Source: Alphaproteobacteria bacterium UBA3760
GTDB taxonomy: Bacteria; Pseudomonadota; Alphaproteobacteria; Rs-D84
Direction of reading: 5' to 3'
NCBI GenBank assembly: GCA_002371155.1
Contig: DFGC01000005.1
Span: 20,024 to 84,023, forward strand
Length of the DNA: 64,000 bases
Below the pieces are notes generated by a model that was not told the origin of the DNA, made no database searches, and worked only from the letters and a program-made list of their open reading frames with translations. Made by a program: the position numbers and the translations under genes. Shown in pieces: positions 20,056 through 30,138 of this stretch; position 1 is the first letter of the stretch; the number at the start of each line of letters is the position of its first letter.

Positions 20056-21828
20056 ATGTTATCATTAAAATCTAAATACAGAACGCATACATGTGGCGAA
20101 TTAAATATTGCCAATGTTGGTGAAATTGTGACTTTGTCGGGTTGGGTACATCGCAAACGCGACCATGGGTCGTTGTTGTTTGTGGATTTGCGCGATAATT
20201 ACGGAATTACACAATGCGTGTTCGATGGTGGGGATGAAAATTTGGAAAAAATTCGCCCGGAATCGGTTATTAAAATTACTGGCAAGGTTGTCGCGCGTGA
20301 ATTGGATGCGATAAATGAAAAAATCCCAACCGGTCATATCGAGGTTCAGGCACAAAAATTTGATGTTTTAACCAATGCCGAAGTTTTGCCTTTCCAAGTG
20401 TTTGGTGACGAAGAAACATCCGAAGAATTGCGTTATAAATATCGGTTCTTGGATTTGCGGCGCGAAAAATTACACTATAATATTTTAATGCGCAATAAAA
20501 TGATGAAATGGTTGCGCGATAAAATGTGGGATTTGGGATTTTCAGAATTCCAAACACCGCTGCTTACCGCTGATTCGCCCGAGGGCGCGCGTAGTTTCTT
20601 GGTGCCGTCGCGGTTGCATCATGGTAAATTTTATGCGTTGCCCCAAGCCCCACAAATGTTTAAGCAAATGTTGCAAGTGGCTGGGTTTGACCGGTATTTC
20701 CAAATTGCGCCGTGTTTTCGTGATGAAGATTTGCGCGCCGACAGATTGTTGGAATTTTACCAATTAGATTTGGAAATGTCTTTTGTTGATTTACCAGATA
20801 TCCAAGCCGTGGGCGAAATTGTTATGCCGGAATTGGTAAAAACTTTTGCGCCAGATGCAAATGTTTATCCAACAATTCCGCATATTTCATATGATGATGC
20901 AATGTTGAAATATGGGTGTGATAAACCTGATTTGCGCAATCCGATTTTAATTTCTGATGTGACAGAAATTTTCCGCGGGTCTGAATTTGGAATATTTGCA
21001 AATGCGATTGAAAATGGCGCGGTGGTGCGTGCGGTGCCGGCACCGAATTCGGCGGACCGTCCGCGTTCGTGGTTCGATAAATTGGGTGAATACGCAACAA
21101 AAGAATTAGGCTTGGGGGGATTGGGCTATATTGTTTTTGCCGATGAAGCCAAAGGCCCGGTTGCGAAAAAGTTGGATGCGGCGCGTATCGCAAAATTGAA
21201 AGATATTGCGGGGAACAAATCATCGTTGTTCTTTATTTGCGATATGGTGGATGTCGCAGCGAAAGCGGCGGGTAAATTGCGCAATAAATTAGGCGTAGAT
21301 TTGGGTTTGGTAAACCCGCGTGATTTCGCGTTTTGCTGGGTTGATAATTTCCCGTTCTTTGAACCGGACCCGGAACGCGGTGGTGCGCCGGCGTTTACGC
21401 ATAACCCGTTTTCGTATCCTATTGTTGATTCAATCGAAGAATTGTCTACACGCGACCCGTTCACTATCAAGGCGGCGCAATTCGATATGGTGTTGAATGG
21501 CATTGAAATTTGCAGTGGTGGTTTGCGTAATTATAACCCAGATGTTATGAAAAAATGTTTCGAAATTGCCGGTTATCCATTAGAGGCAGTCGAGAAAAAC
21601 TTTTCTGGATTATACACCGCGTTTCAATATGGTGCGCCACCGCATGGTGGTTGTGCGTTTGGTATTGAACGCGTTGTGTCGGAAATTTTGGGCATTGGCG
21701 ACAGTGTTCGCGAAATCGTCGCGTTCCCGGCAAATCAGCGTGGTCAGGATTTGTTGATGGGGTCCCCGAACGAGGTGTCGGAACAACAACTGCGCGATGT
21801 GCATATTAAAATTCGCGAGAAAAATTAA
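20056..21828 (+). CDS. aspS: aspartate--tRNA ligase
   Basis: 590 aa class II aaRS. N-terminal OB fold with RTHTCGEL, motif 2 FRDEDLRADR and motif 3 GGGCAFGIERV. Confidence 0.9.
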   Translation: MLSLKSKYRTHTCGELNIANVGEIVTLSGWVHRKRDHGSLLFVDLRDNYGITQCVFDGGDENLEKIRPESVIKITGKVVARELDAINEKIPTGHIEVQAQKFDVLTNAEVLPFQVFGDEETSEELRYKYRFLDLRREKLHYNILMRNKMMKWLRDKMWDLGFSEFQTPLLTADSPEGARSFLVPSRLHHGKFYALPQAPQMFKQMLQVAGFDRYFQIAPCFRDEDLRADRLLEFYQLDLEMSFVDLPDIQAVGEIVMPELVKTFAPDANVYPTIPHISYDDAMLKYGCDKPDLRNPILISDVTEIFRGSEFGIFANAIENGAVVRAVPAPNSADRPRSWFDKLGEYATKELGLGGLGYIVFADEAKGPVAKKLDAARIAKLKDIAGNKSSLFFICDMVDVAAKAAGKLRNKLGVDLGLVNPRDFAFCWVDNFPFFEPDPERGGAPAFTHNPFSYPIVDSIEELSTRDPFTIKAAQFDMVLNGIEICSGGLRNYNPDVMKKCFEIAGYPLEAVEKNFSGLYTAFQYGAPPHGGCAFGIERVVSEILGIGDSVREIVAFPANQRGQDLLMGSPNEVSEQQLRDVHIKIREKN

Positions 21829-21846
21829 ACCAAATGCAAAATAAAA

Positions 21847-21876
21847 ACACCCACGGAAATCGTGGGTGTTTTTTTG
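21847..21876. terminator. bidirectional rho-independent terminator (ACACCCACG-gaaat-CGTGGGTGT + T8)
   Basis: 9-bp perfect stem between the convergent aspS and asmA-like genes. There is an A-run upstream and a T-run downstream. Confidence 0.6.
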
Positions 21877-21884
21877 TTAGTTTT

Positions 21885-24359
21885 TTAATACTTGTTATGT
21901 GTTTTTACAAATGCGCGCATAAATCCCGCGTCCAGGTTGTTTATAATTTCGTTTATTGAATATGTACGACGGCCGGTGTCGGTTATTGTCAATTCAATGT
22001 TTGCAGGATTTGGCGCGGTGCCGCGCATAACAAATTCAAATGTGCCGGTCATAACATTATCGTTGATGAATACTGCGCCGACACCATCGACATGTTGCAT
22101 AGATATTGTCAATGGGCGCGTTGTTTCGAAATTTCCGTTTTTGTATTTTCCAAATATTTTTAATTTCTTTATTCGTGTTGCACCCGATTCCAATGCCGAA
22201 GAAATGGCGTATTCTGCATTTAATGCGTTTATTTGGTCGGCATATCCGTAAAATTGGTCAAATCCAATTCCGTATAATACGCCGCCATTTAATGTCATGT
22301 CGATGTCGCCGGTTAAATTATATGTTAAATCGTTTGCGGTCTGTCCAGATGTATGCAGATTTATTTCCCCGGTTATTGTCGAATCTGATACATTTAATGG
22401 TGCGTCAAATTTTAATAATTCGCCGGTTGTTTGGAATTTGTTTAATTGAATTGATATGTCGTAATCAAATTTTTTCTTTTCAATTATTCCCAATAAATGT
22501 CCGCGATTTGTGTCAGATATAGAAAATGTTTGTGTGTTTGGTTTCAACGAATATACAAAATTATTGTATTCGGTGTTGTTAAAAATAACGCTGTCGGCGG
22601 ATATGGATATATTGATTGGTATATCGAACATTGTCGCCAATGGATGCGGGGTTAAAAATTTTTGCTCGTCATAATTATCGATAAAAGATTTGTTGATGAA
22701 TTTATCTAAATCTAATATTTTTGTGCGTAATGTTAAACCAGATTTTGTTGCGTTCCCAGATATGATTTGGTCTGCGATTATTATATTCAAATCGCCGATT
22801 GTGTCATCGTTATATGTCCCAGACACCATGTATGATAAATCGTTTATAAACCGTAAATCTATATTTGGTAATAATTGCTTGAAATTTTTTCCAGTGATTG
22901 TGAAATTGTTGTCTGATAAATCCAATATCCATTGTTGATTTTGTGGAATAAATGTTTTTTTGTTATCGCGTGTTGTGTATGTGCCGCGTGATGTGCGCAT
23001 AAATTCAGGCAAAAATTTCATGTCAATATTGATGTCTGATAATGTTATGTTTTTTGCATAGTTATATTTTGGTATCATTTGTTTCGGTGTTATCACATAT
23101 GTTCCCGACATATCAGAAAATGTGAAATCGATGGTGCCACTGTCCCCGATGTGCGATAATAATTTTCGTATTGTGTTTTGTGATGGCATTTTTTCGGTGG
23201 ACGATGCGGTTATTTTGAATATGCCGTTATCAGATACTATGTTTCCGCGAATTGTGCCGTATTCAAAGTTTTGACATTCCCATTTTTTTGGTGTGCCGGA
23301 AAAATTGCAACTGAATTTTTCATCCATATTGTTTATTTGTAATTTTGTGTTGTGCAATCCGTTTGCGTTGTATGTTCCACCAAATAATTCAATATTGTCG
23401 GCGATAACATGATTTAATTCCAGTTCGTTGTTTAACCCGGCGGCGATAATCATAAACCGTGAAAAATTATTTTCATGGAATTTAATTTTGCCGCGCATAT
23501 CAAACACCATATTCATTTTATTTAACATAATATGGTCGGTTGTGATAAAGGATAAATCGATATTTGCGGAATCTGATTTCAGATTTACAGAATTAAATCC
23601 GTTGGGTAATAATTTTATGTTGCCGGTATAATTGTTCGCGCGAATGCGTGAAAAATCAAATCCGTATCCGCCGTCCCAATTAAATTCCATAGATAAATTT
23701 ATTGGTGATGTGATTTTTGGTTCGTCAAATTCGAACCATTTGTTTGCGTCGTCTGTGGTGATGGATAATTCGCCCGCCGCGCCACCAGATGGGAATAGGG
23801 TGCCGTTGATATGCAATTTGTTGTTGGTGTTTAATACAACAAAATCACCGTTATCGTATGTGATGTCGTATTTATGTTGTTGTGTGCGAACGGTTGCGTT
23901 CAGTTTTGTGCCAGATAATTTTCCACGAACAATCGAATAATCACGATTCATAAAATTGACTGTTGTATTATATATATTTGCGACCAAATTTGTGGGGCGC
24001 GGAAGCAGTTCACTGATTTTTATGTTTGCGTCATATATTCCGATTTCTGGGTTTAATGTCGCGTGTTGCAAATTAAACATTTGACTAAATGGCACAGAAA
24101 AAGATATTCGGTCGATTGTGCCGTTTGGAATTTCAATGTCATGTGCGATGATTGCGGTATGACCCAATAAACTGAAATTCACATCGCCCATAATTTTTAC
24201 CGGTACGCCCGTTTGGGCATATAATTTGTTTTCCAAAATTGGTTTGGATTTATTCAGGTTTATAAACGGCGGAATGCATATCAATCCGATGATTGCGATA
24301 CCGATTAAAAATACGATTGTCCAAAATAGGCGGCGTTTGTGCCGTGGTTTTATTTTCAT
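21885..24359 (-). CDS. AsmA-family protein (N-terminal membrane anchor, large periplasmic domain)
   Basis: 824 aa with an N-terminal TM, N/T-rich beta-strand repeats and a C-terminal YGIGFDQFYGY block as in AsmA-like proteins. Confidence 0.5.
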   Translation of the reverse strand: MKIKPRHKRRLFWTIVFLIGIAIIGLICIPPFINLNKSKPILENKLYAQTGVPVKIMGDVNFSLLGHTAIIAHDIEIPNGTIDRISFSVPFSQMFNLQHATLNPEIGIYDANIKISELLPRPTNLVANIYNTTVNFMNRDYSIVRGKLSGTKLNATVRTQQHKYDITYDNGDFVVLNTNNKLHINGTLFPSGGAAGELSITTDDANKWFEFDEPKITSPINLSMEFNWDGGYGFDFSRIRANNYTGNIKLLPNGFNSVNLKSDSANIDLSFITTDHIMLNKMNMVFDMRGKIKFHENNFSRFMIIAAGLNNELELNHVIADNIELFGGTYNANGLHNTKLQINNMDEKFSCNFSGTPKKWECQNFEYGTIRGNIVSDNGIFKITASSTEKMPSQNTIRKLLSHIGDSGTIDFTFSDMSGTYVITPKQMIPKYNYAKNITLSDINIDMKFLPEFMRTSRGTYTTRDNKKTFIPQNQQWILDLSDNNFTITGKNFKQLLPNIDLRFINDLSYMVSGTYNDDTIGDLNIIIADQIISGNATKSGLTLRTKILDLDKFINKSFIDNYDEQKFLTPHPLATMFDIPINISISADSVIFNNTEYNNFVYSLKPNTQTFSISDTNRGHLLGIIEKKKFDYDISIQLNKFQTTGELLKFDAPLNVSDSTITGEINLHTSGQTANDLTYNLTGDIDMTLNGGVLYGIGFDQFYGYADQINALNAEYAISSALESGATRIKKLKIFGKYKNGNFETTRPLTISMQHVDGVGAVFINDNVMTGTFEFVMRGTAPNPANIELTITDTGRRTYSINEIINNLDAGFMRAFVKTHNKY

Positions 24360-24400
24360 GCTCTCTTTCCCTTGTTTTTTTATTATAGTGTATTATATTT

Positions 24401-26398
24401 ATGTTTGTGAATAAAAAAAGTATTTTTAATCTTGAAAGTAATTATGCGCCAATGGGCGACCAACCAACCGCAATCCGCGAATTGGTCGATGGCGTGCGTT
24501 CCGGGCGTCGGTCCCAGGTTTTATTAGGGGTGACGGGGTCTGGGAAAACTTTTACGATGGCAAATGTGATTGCGGAATTGTCGCGGCCGGCGTTGTTGAT
24601 GGCACCGAATAAAATTTTGGCGGCGCAATTATATACAGAAATGAAATCTTTTTTTCCGCATAATCATGTTGAATATTTTGTTTCATATTATGATTATTAT
24701 CAACCCGAGGCATATATCCCAACAACCGATACATATATCGATAAAGATGCTGCGATAAATGAACAACTGGACCGTATGCGACACAGTGCGACGCGCGCCA
24801 TGTTAGAAGAACGCGATGTTATTGTTGTGTCATCTGTGTCGGCGATTTATGGTATGGGGTCGCCAGAACAATATTCGTCTATGCGTGTGGTGTTAAATGT
24901 TGGGGATAAAATTGGTATTGGCGATGTTGTGCGGTCTTTGGTTGATATTCAATATAAAAGAAACGATGTCGCGCCCGCGCGTGGTGAATTTCGTGTGCGT
25001 GGTGATACATTGGATTTGTTCCCGTCGCATATGGCGGATATGGGATGGAAAATTTCTTTTTGGGGTGATGAAATCGAAGAAATTTGGGAATTTGATACAT
25101 TGACCGGTGCAAAATTACATAAATTAAATCGGGTTGCGGTGTATCCAAACACTCACTATGCAACGCCTATGCCGTCCGTATTACAGGCAATCAGTCAAAT
25201 TCGCCAAGATTTAGACGAACGGTTGAAATATTTTCATGATAATATGAAATATGTCGAAGAACAGCGTTTGCGTGAACGCGTAAATTTTGATATTGAAATG
25301 ATGGAAACAACCGGGACATGTCGCGGGATTGAAAATTATTCGCGATATTTATCGGGACGATTGCCGGGACAACCACCACCGACATTGTTCGAATATCTGC
25401 CACGCGATGCGGTTTTGTTTATAGACGAAAGTCATGTGACCGTGCCGCAAATTGGGGCGATGTCTCGCGGGGACCGTGCGCGCAAGGAAAATTTGTCGCA
25501 CTATGGTTTTCGGTTGCCGGCGTGTGTCGACAATCGACCGTTGACATTTGAAGAATGGGATAATTTGCGACCACAAACGATTTTTGTGTCTGCAACACCG
25601 GCACAGTGGGAATTGGAACAATCGGGCGGTGTTGTGTCAGAGCAGGTTATTCGTCCGACGGGATTATTGGACCCCGTTTGCGAGGTTCGCCCAATTGAAC
25701 ACCAGGTTGACGATTTGTTGGAAACATTAAAGAAAACGCGTGGGCGTGCGCTGGTCACGACATTGACCAAAAAAATGGCGGAACAATTAAATGATTATCT
25801 GAACGAAAATGGTGTGCGGGCGCGGTATCTGCACAGTGATATTGAAACATTGGAACGCATTGAATTGTTGCGCGATTTGCGTTTGGGAAAATACGATGTG
25901 TTGGTTGGAATCAATTTACTGCGCGAAGGTTTAGATGTTCCGGAATGCGAATTGGTCGCAATTATGGACGCGGATAAAGAAGGGTTTTTGCGTTCGACGC
26001 GGTCGCTGATTCAGACGATTGGGCGTGCGGCGCGAAATGCAAATGGGCGCGTGATTTTGTATGCGGATAATATTACCGAATCTATGGATGAGGCGTTGCG
26101 TGAAACGGCACGACGGCGGGAAATTCAAATGAAATATAATGCCGAACATGGTATTGTTCCGAAAACTGTGTCCAAGGCCGTGTTTGCCGAGGTTGGTGAT
26201 TCGCATGAAAAAGTGGACAAGAAACGCAAGTTTGTTTATAATTCTGACGGCGTGTGGGATGCAAATAGCATGAAAAAAGAAATTGCGAATTTAACACGGC
26301 GCATGAAAAAATGTGCTGAAAATTTAGAGTTCGAAGAGGCGGCGGCAATTCGCGATACGATAAACAAAATGCAAGACGATTTGTTGTTGTTGGAATAA
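24401..26398 (+). CDS. uvrB: excinuclease ABC subunit B
   Basis: Walker A GVTGSGKTF, the helicase motifs, the beta-hairpin region and the C-terminal UVR domain (EFEEAAAIRD). Confidence 0.9.
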   Translation: MFVNKKSIFNLESNYAPMGDQPTAIRELVDGVRSGRRSQVLLGVTGSGKTFTMANVIAELSRPALLMAPNKILAAQLYTEMKSFFPHNHVEYFVSYYDYYQPEAYIPTTDTYIDKDAAINEQLDRMRHSATRAMLEERDVIVVSSVSAIYGMGSPEQYSSMRVVLNVGDKIGIGDVVRSLVDIQYKRNDVAPARGEFRVRGDTLDLFPSHMADMGWKISFWGDEIEEIWEFDTLTGAKLHKLNRVAVYPNTHYATPMPSVLQAISQIRQDLDERLKYFHDNMKYVEEQRLRERVNFDIEMMETTGTCRGIENYSRYLSGRLPGQPPPTLFEYLPRDAVLFIDESHVTVPQIGAMSRGDRARKENLSHYGFRLPACVDNRPLTFEEWDNLRPQTIFVSATPAQWELEQSGGVVSEQVIRPTGLLDPVCEVRPIEHQVDDLLETLKKTRGRALVTTLTKKMAEQLNDYLNENGVRARYLHSDIETLERIELLRDLRLGKYDVLVGINLLREGLDVPECELVAIMDADKEGFLRSTRSLIQTIGRAARNANGRVILYADNITESMDEALRETARRREIQMKYNAEHGIVPKTVSKAVFAEVGDSHEKVDKKRKFVYNSDGVWDANSMKKEIANLTRRMKKCAENLEFEEAAAIRDTINKMQDDLLLLE

Positions 26399-26410
26399 AG
26401 GATTTTTGAT

Positions 26411-26827
26411 ATGCAAGAATTTATTTTACCTGATTTGGAGGCAACACATAAATGGGCGCGCGAATTTGCAAAAACTTTGCATGCGCCGGTTGTCGTTGCG
26501 TTGCACGGTGATTTGGGTATGGGAAAATCTGAGATTGCACGAACAATTATTCGGACTTTGCGTGGGGAAAAAACGATTGTGCCGTCGCCGACATTTACAA
26601 TTGTGCAAAACTATGACGGAATTTCGCATTTCGATTTATACAGAATTTCAGATGAATCTGAATTGACCGAGGTTGGTTTGCCATATGCAATCCAAAATGA
26701 TATTACAATTATAGAATGGCCCGATGTCGCCGCGGGCATGTTGCCGGAAAATACAATTCATGTGTATATTTCACTGTGTGGCGCGGATTGCGGGACGGGC
26801 CGTAAAATTATTGTTAAACAGAAATAA
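26411..26827 (+). CDS. tsaE: tRNA threonylcarbamoyladenosine biosynthesis protein TsaE
   Basis: 138 aa with the GDLGMGKSEIAR P-loop typical of the TsaE/YjeE family. Confidence 0.7.
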   Translation: MQEFILPDLEATHKWAREFAKTLHAPVVVALHGDLGMGKSEIARTIIRTLRGEKTIVPSPTFTIVQNYDGISHFDLYRISDESELTEVGLPYAIQNDITIIEWPDVAAGMLPENTIHVYISLCGADCGTGRKIIVKQK

Positions 26828-26837
26828 TATTTTGTTT

Positions 26838-28610
26838 TTATTTCCTTAATAAACTTTGCACCGCCAATGGAAAATCGTTCGATTTTGCCAGGTATGAACC
26901 ACTGATTAAAAAATCTGCGCCGGCATTCCAACATTTTTGTGCGGTTTCTGGATTTATTCCGCCGTCCACAGATATTATGTATTTTAATCCATGTTTTTTT
27001 CGTGTTGTTGATAATGCCAATATTTTCTGTAATACAGATGTGTTAAATTCTTGGCCTGATGCGCCGGGGGCAACCCCCATAACCATAACTTCATCAACAT
27101 CACGCAAAATCGGAACAAGTTGTGTTATTGGGGTGTCTGGGTTTATTGCGACACCCGCGCGACGGCCCGTTGCACGAATCCCGCGTAATGCCGCACGAAC
27201 CCCAGTCGTGTTTAATGATAAAATAATTGTGTTCGCCCCAGCCTTTATCGCGTTTGCCGCCCAGACCGATGGGTTTTCGGTCATTAAATGAACATGTAAA
27301 TGAAAGTTTGTGTTTGCGCGGATTTCTTTTAATTCGGCAATACCGCCGGCAACATGCGGAACATAAAATCCGTCCATTATATCAACATGTATTGTTGATA
27401 TGCCGGCGGATGCAAATAATTTATATGTCATTGGTGATAACATATTAAAGCATAATGTTGATGGTGCGATTGGTATAAATTTTGGCTTTTGTTTTTTAGG
27501 TTTTCGCACAAATATTTTCGTGATTTTATTTATGAATTTTTCGTGGCGTGCCATGCGTGCCATATATGCGTCGCGCGCAGGTTTTTCCGAATCCCATATA
27601 TAATTAGAAATTGCTGTTATGGTTGCGTCGGCATGATGATTTTCAATCGGTAATCCAAATGCGTTTCCGACAAAGTCAACCACACCTTGGATTTGGGTGC
27701 CGCCGCCACTGATTATTATTTTGGTTGGTTGATATTTTGCAACATGTGGTTCGGCAGATTTTTTGATTTCTCCGATAATATCAACAATGCGTGGAACAAC
27801 AACATCGTTCACATCGCCGCGTGTGAAATCATATGCGGTATCGGCGGGGGTCATGCGGTCCATTGCGCGTGGAATTAAATTTGCAACCATGCGTTTTATG
27901 CGTTCGGCTTCGTCAAAATCGATATTTAATGATTTTGTTAAATCGTTTGTTGCGTTGGACATGCCCATAGGAATTTTTTCGTGCCAACATACACCGGAAT
28001 CGTTCCAAATTGAACATCCGGAAAATTCTGCGCCCATGTCGATAAACATTACGGTTTCGCCCGCGCGACGCAAAGTCATATTTTGCAAATATGCCGGGTC
28101 AAAAACACCGTCATATTGAATATGTGTTTTTCGCAATATGGATATAATTTCGTTTATGCGGTCGGTTTCATAACAAATGATTCCAAAAGTTGATATCAAT
28201 TGATGGTCGGTGTATCCCACCGGGGTTTGGATTTTTCGTGCAGATGCCGTATCGTATTGAAATGGCATTATGTGAATTGGTGTAAATCCCGACGGAAATG
28301 TCAATTTAGAAATCTGGGCACGAATATCACCATCGGTGATTTTATGCTCGCCGTTCCAAACGGTGTTTTGTTGTTGGTGCATAAATACAGATTTCCCAAA
28401 ATTCCCGGTTATGTATGCCGATTCAAAATGTGTGTTTAATTCATGCTCTAAATTATCAATTACTGATTTTATGGCAAATTGTTGGTTAAAACTGTCGCAC
28501 ATGGCGGTTGCGGATTTTACGATTTTTCCAGAAATCACACGATGCGCAATTCCGCGAACACATGATGTTCCGATGTCCAGACATAAAAAGCATGAATCAA
28601 GCAAGTTCAT
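26838..28610 (-). CDS. FtsA (actin-like cell-division ATPase) fused in-frame to ribulose-phosphate 3-epimerase (Rpe)
   Basis: The N-terminal 370 aa or so carry the FtsA motifs (LDIGTS phosphate-1, FIDMGAEFS phosphate-2, IISGGGTQIQG adenosine) and end in an amphipathic KFINKITKIFVRK helix. The same frame, without a stop or start codon, continues into an Rpe domain (IAPSTL..., HVDIMDGFYVPH, HLHVHLM, GADFLISGS). Confidence 0.6.
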   Translation of the reverse strand: MNLLDSCFLCLDIGTSCVRGIAHRVISGKIVKSATAMCDSFNQQFAIKSVIDNLEHELNTHFESAYITGNFGKSVFMHQQQNTVWNGEHKITDGDIRAQISKLTFPSGFTPIHIMPFQYDTASARKIQTPVGYTDHQLISTFGIICYETDRINEIISILRKTHIQYDGVFDPAYLQNMTLRRAGETVMFIDMGAEFSGCSIWNDSGVCWHEKIPMGMSNATNDLTKSLNIDFDEAERIKRMVANLIPRAMDRMTPADTAYDFTRGDVNDVVVPRIVDIIGEIKKSAEPHVAKYQPTKIIISGGGTQIQGVVDFVGNAFGLPIENHHADATITAISNYIWDSEKPARDAYMARMARHEKFINKITKIFVRKPKKQKPKFIPIAPSTLCFNMLSPMTYKLFASAGISTIHVDIMDGFYVPHVAGGIAELKEIRANTNFHLHVHLMTENPSVWAANAIKAGANTIILSLNTTGVRAALRGIRATGRRAGVAINPDTPITQLVPILRDVDEVMVMGVAPGASGQEFNTSVLQKILALSTTRKKHGLKYIISVDGGINPETAQKCWNAGADFLISGSYLAKSNDFPLAVQSLLRK

Positions 28611-28612
28611 TT

Positions 28613-29305
28613 TTATTTAACCAATATTCGTGCCGGGTCGCGCATATCTATGACGCGAATATCGCGACCCAATAAATTGTGTGCTTTGTCGATAGTTATT
28701 AAACTGGCAATCGCAGAAACAAAATCGTTTTCGGGTAATTTTATTGTTATTCCGCCCGTTGTTTGAATGTTCCAACGGCGGTTTTCAATCCATTCTATAT
28801 AATCTATGTTCGATATCATATCGTTTGCCGCGTTTGTGATGTCGGATATGTCATTTGGTAATTGACCGCGAAATAATAATGTTGATTCGGGTCTGTCCGT
28901 GATTGGGGATTTGTCGTCATATTTGCCGTCCGCAGATAATGGATAGAAATATTCGCCGTCTGTATATGTTGCGATAAATTTACGGTATGCAACATTTATT
29001 ATTAAATTTCCGTTCGGCATACGGCGGATTGCGCAATCTTTGACCCCGGGAACATTTAATATGTTCGCGTTCAGGTTGTCCAAGTCAATCGAATAAAATG
29101 AAGTGTTTTTTGGTAATGCCGCCGCCGCAGATAATGCCGTCATGTCTTTGTTGCCAACATCGGCGGTTATGTATGTTTTATGCAATCGTGCCATGGGGCC
29201 AATGCCCATACCAACCATTATTGTGCGTGATATAAAATATATTGCCAAAATTATGGCGACAATAAATGATAACCAAAACCAAATTGAACGCTTCATGTTT
29301 GGCAT
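28613..29305 (-). CDS. ftsQ: cell division protein FtsQ (POTRA domain)
   Basis: 230 aa with an N-terminal TM and a periplasmic POTRA-like region. Its stop abuts the ftsA-rpe start. Confidence 0.55.
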   Translation of the reverse strand: MPNMKRSIWFWLSFIVAIILAIYFISRTIMVGMGIGPMARLHKTYITADVGNKDMTALSAAAALPKNTSFYSIDLDNLNANILNVPGVKDCAIRRMPNGNLIINVAYRKFIATYTDGEYFYPLSADGKYDDKSPITDRPESTLLFRGQLPNDISDITNAANDMISNIDYIEWIENRRWNIQTTGGITIKLPENDFVSAIASLITIDKAHNLLGRDIRVIDMRDPARILVK

Positions 29306-29350
29306 TATAACATATTTTTAATAAATAAGAAAGACAAGAAAAATTTATTT

Positions 29351-29731
29351 TTATATCGCCCGCAACAAGTATCCGCGTCGGAACATGCAACGGCGATATG
29401 CCCCCAGGGTGCGCGATGATTTGTTTCGTGGAACCGACATCAATGACCGTTGCCCGACATCGCGATATTCGTTGGATTGAAATGTCACCCATATTCCATC
29501 CCAATTCGGCATTTGGTCATTCTGGTTTGGTAATAACAATCGTGCAATACGCGACCGTGGGGTGTAATTATTGGATTTTATCCCCAGGCATGATTTGTGG
29601 TCACGAACAAATTGTTCGGTGGTGACAGCCTCGTTTTCCCAGTTTAATATGGTGGCATTGTCAATGTCGCCGCGATTGGCGGATGCACATGCCGTTAAAG
29701 CAAGTAATAAAGCAATTTGTTTTATTTTCAT
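29351..29731 (-). CDS. hypothetical lipoprotein
   Basis: Signal peptide with an LTAC lipobox. 126 aa. Confidence 0.4.
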   Translation of the reverse strand: MKIKQIALLLALTACASANRGDIDNATILNWENEAVTTEQFVRDHKSCLGIKSNNYTPRSRIARLLLPNQNDQMPNWDGIWVTFQSNEYRDVGQRSLMSVPRNKSSRTLGAYRRCMFRRGYLLRAI

Positions 29732-29805
29732 ATTTTATATTATAATTCATTTGCGTTCGGGGGGCAATAGTTTTTATAATGTAAAAAAACAGGAAGGAAA
29801 AATAT

Positions 29806-30126
29806 ATGGCTATATCGGTTCAGAATTTTATAAAACTGGCAAACTTTTATAACCAGATGTTGACGACAATGTCGGCAATCTGTGTGGAAAAGGGCGGTAT
29901 CAACATGGAAAATTATGTTGGACGATTCTTTGTCGCGGATGTTTTGGAATACATTGTTGAATATGGTCGCCGATTAAATGAATCGCAAAAGGTGCCGGCG
30001 GATGTTGCCCGCGTTATGAAAATTTTTCAACAAAGATTTGAATCTGTCAAAGATTTGGTGACCCCAACGGAAAAGCCTATTTATGAAATGACATTGGAAG
30101 AATTTGAAAAACTGATGAATATATAG
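29806..30126 (+). CDS. hypothetical protein
   Basis: 106 aa with a strong RBS (AGGAAGGA). It lies 12 nt upstream of the secretin-like lipoprotein gene. Confidence 0.35.
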   Translation: MAISVQNFIKLANFYNQMLTTMSAICVEKGGINMENYVGRFFVADVLEYIVEYGRRLNESQKVPADVARVMKIFQQRFESVKDLVTPTEKPIYEMTLEEFEKLMNI

Positions 30127-30138
30127 TATGGTGAGAGT

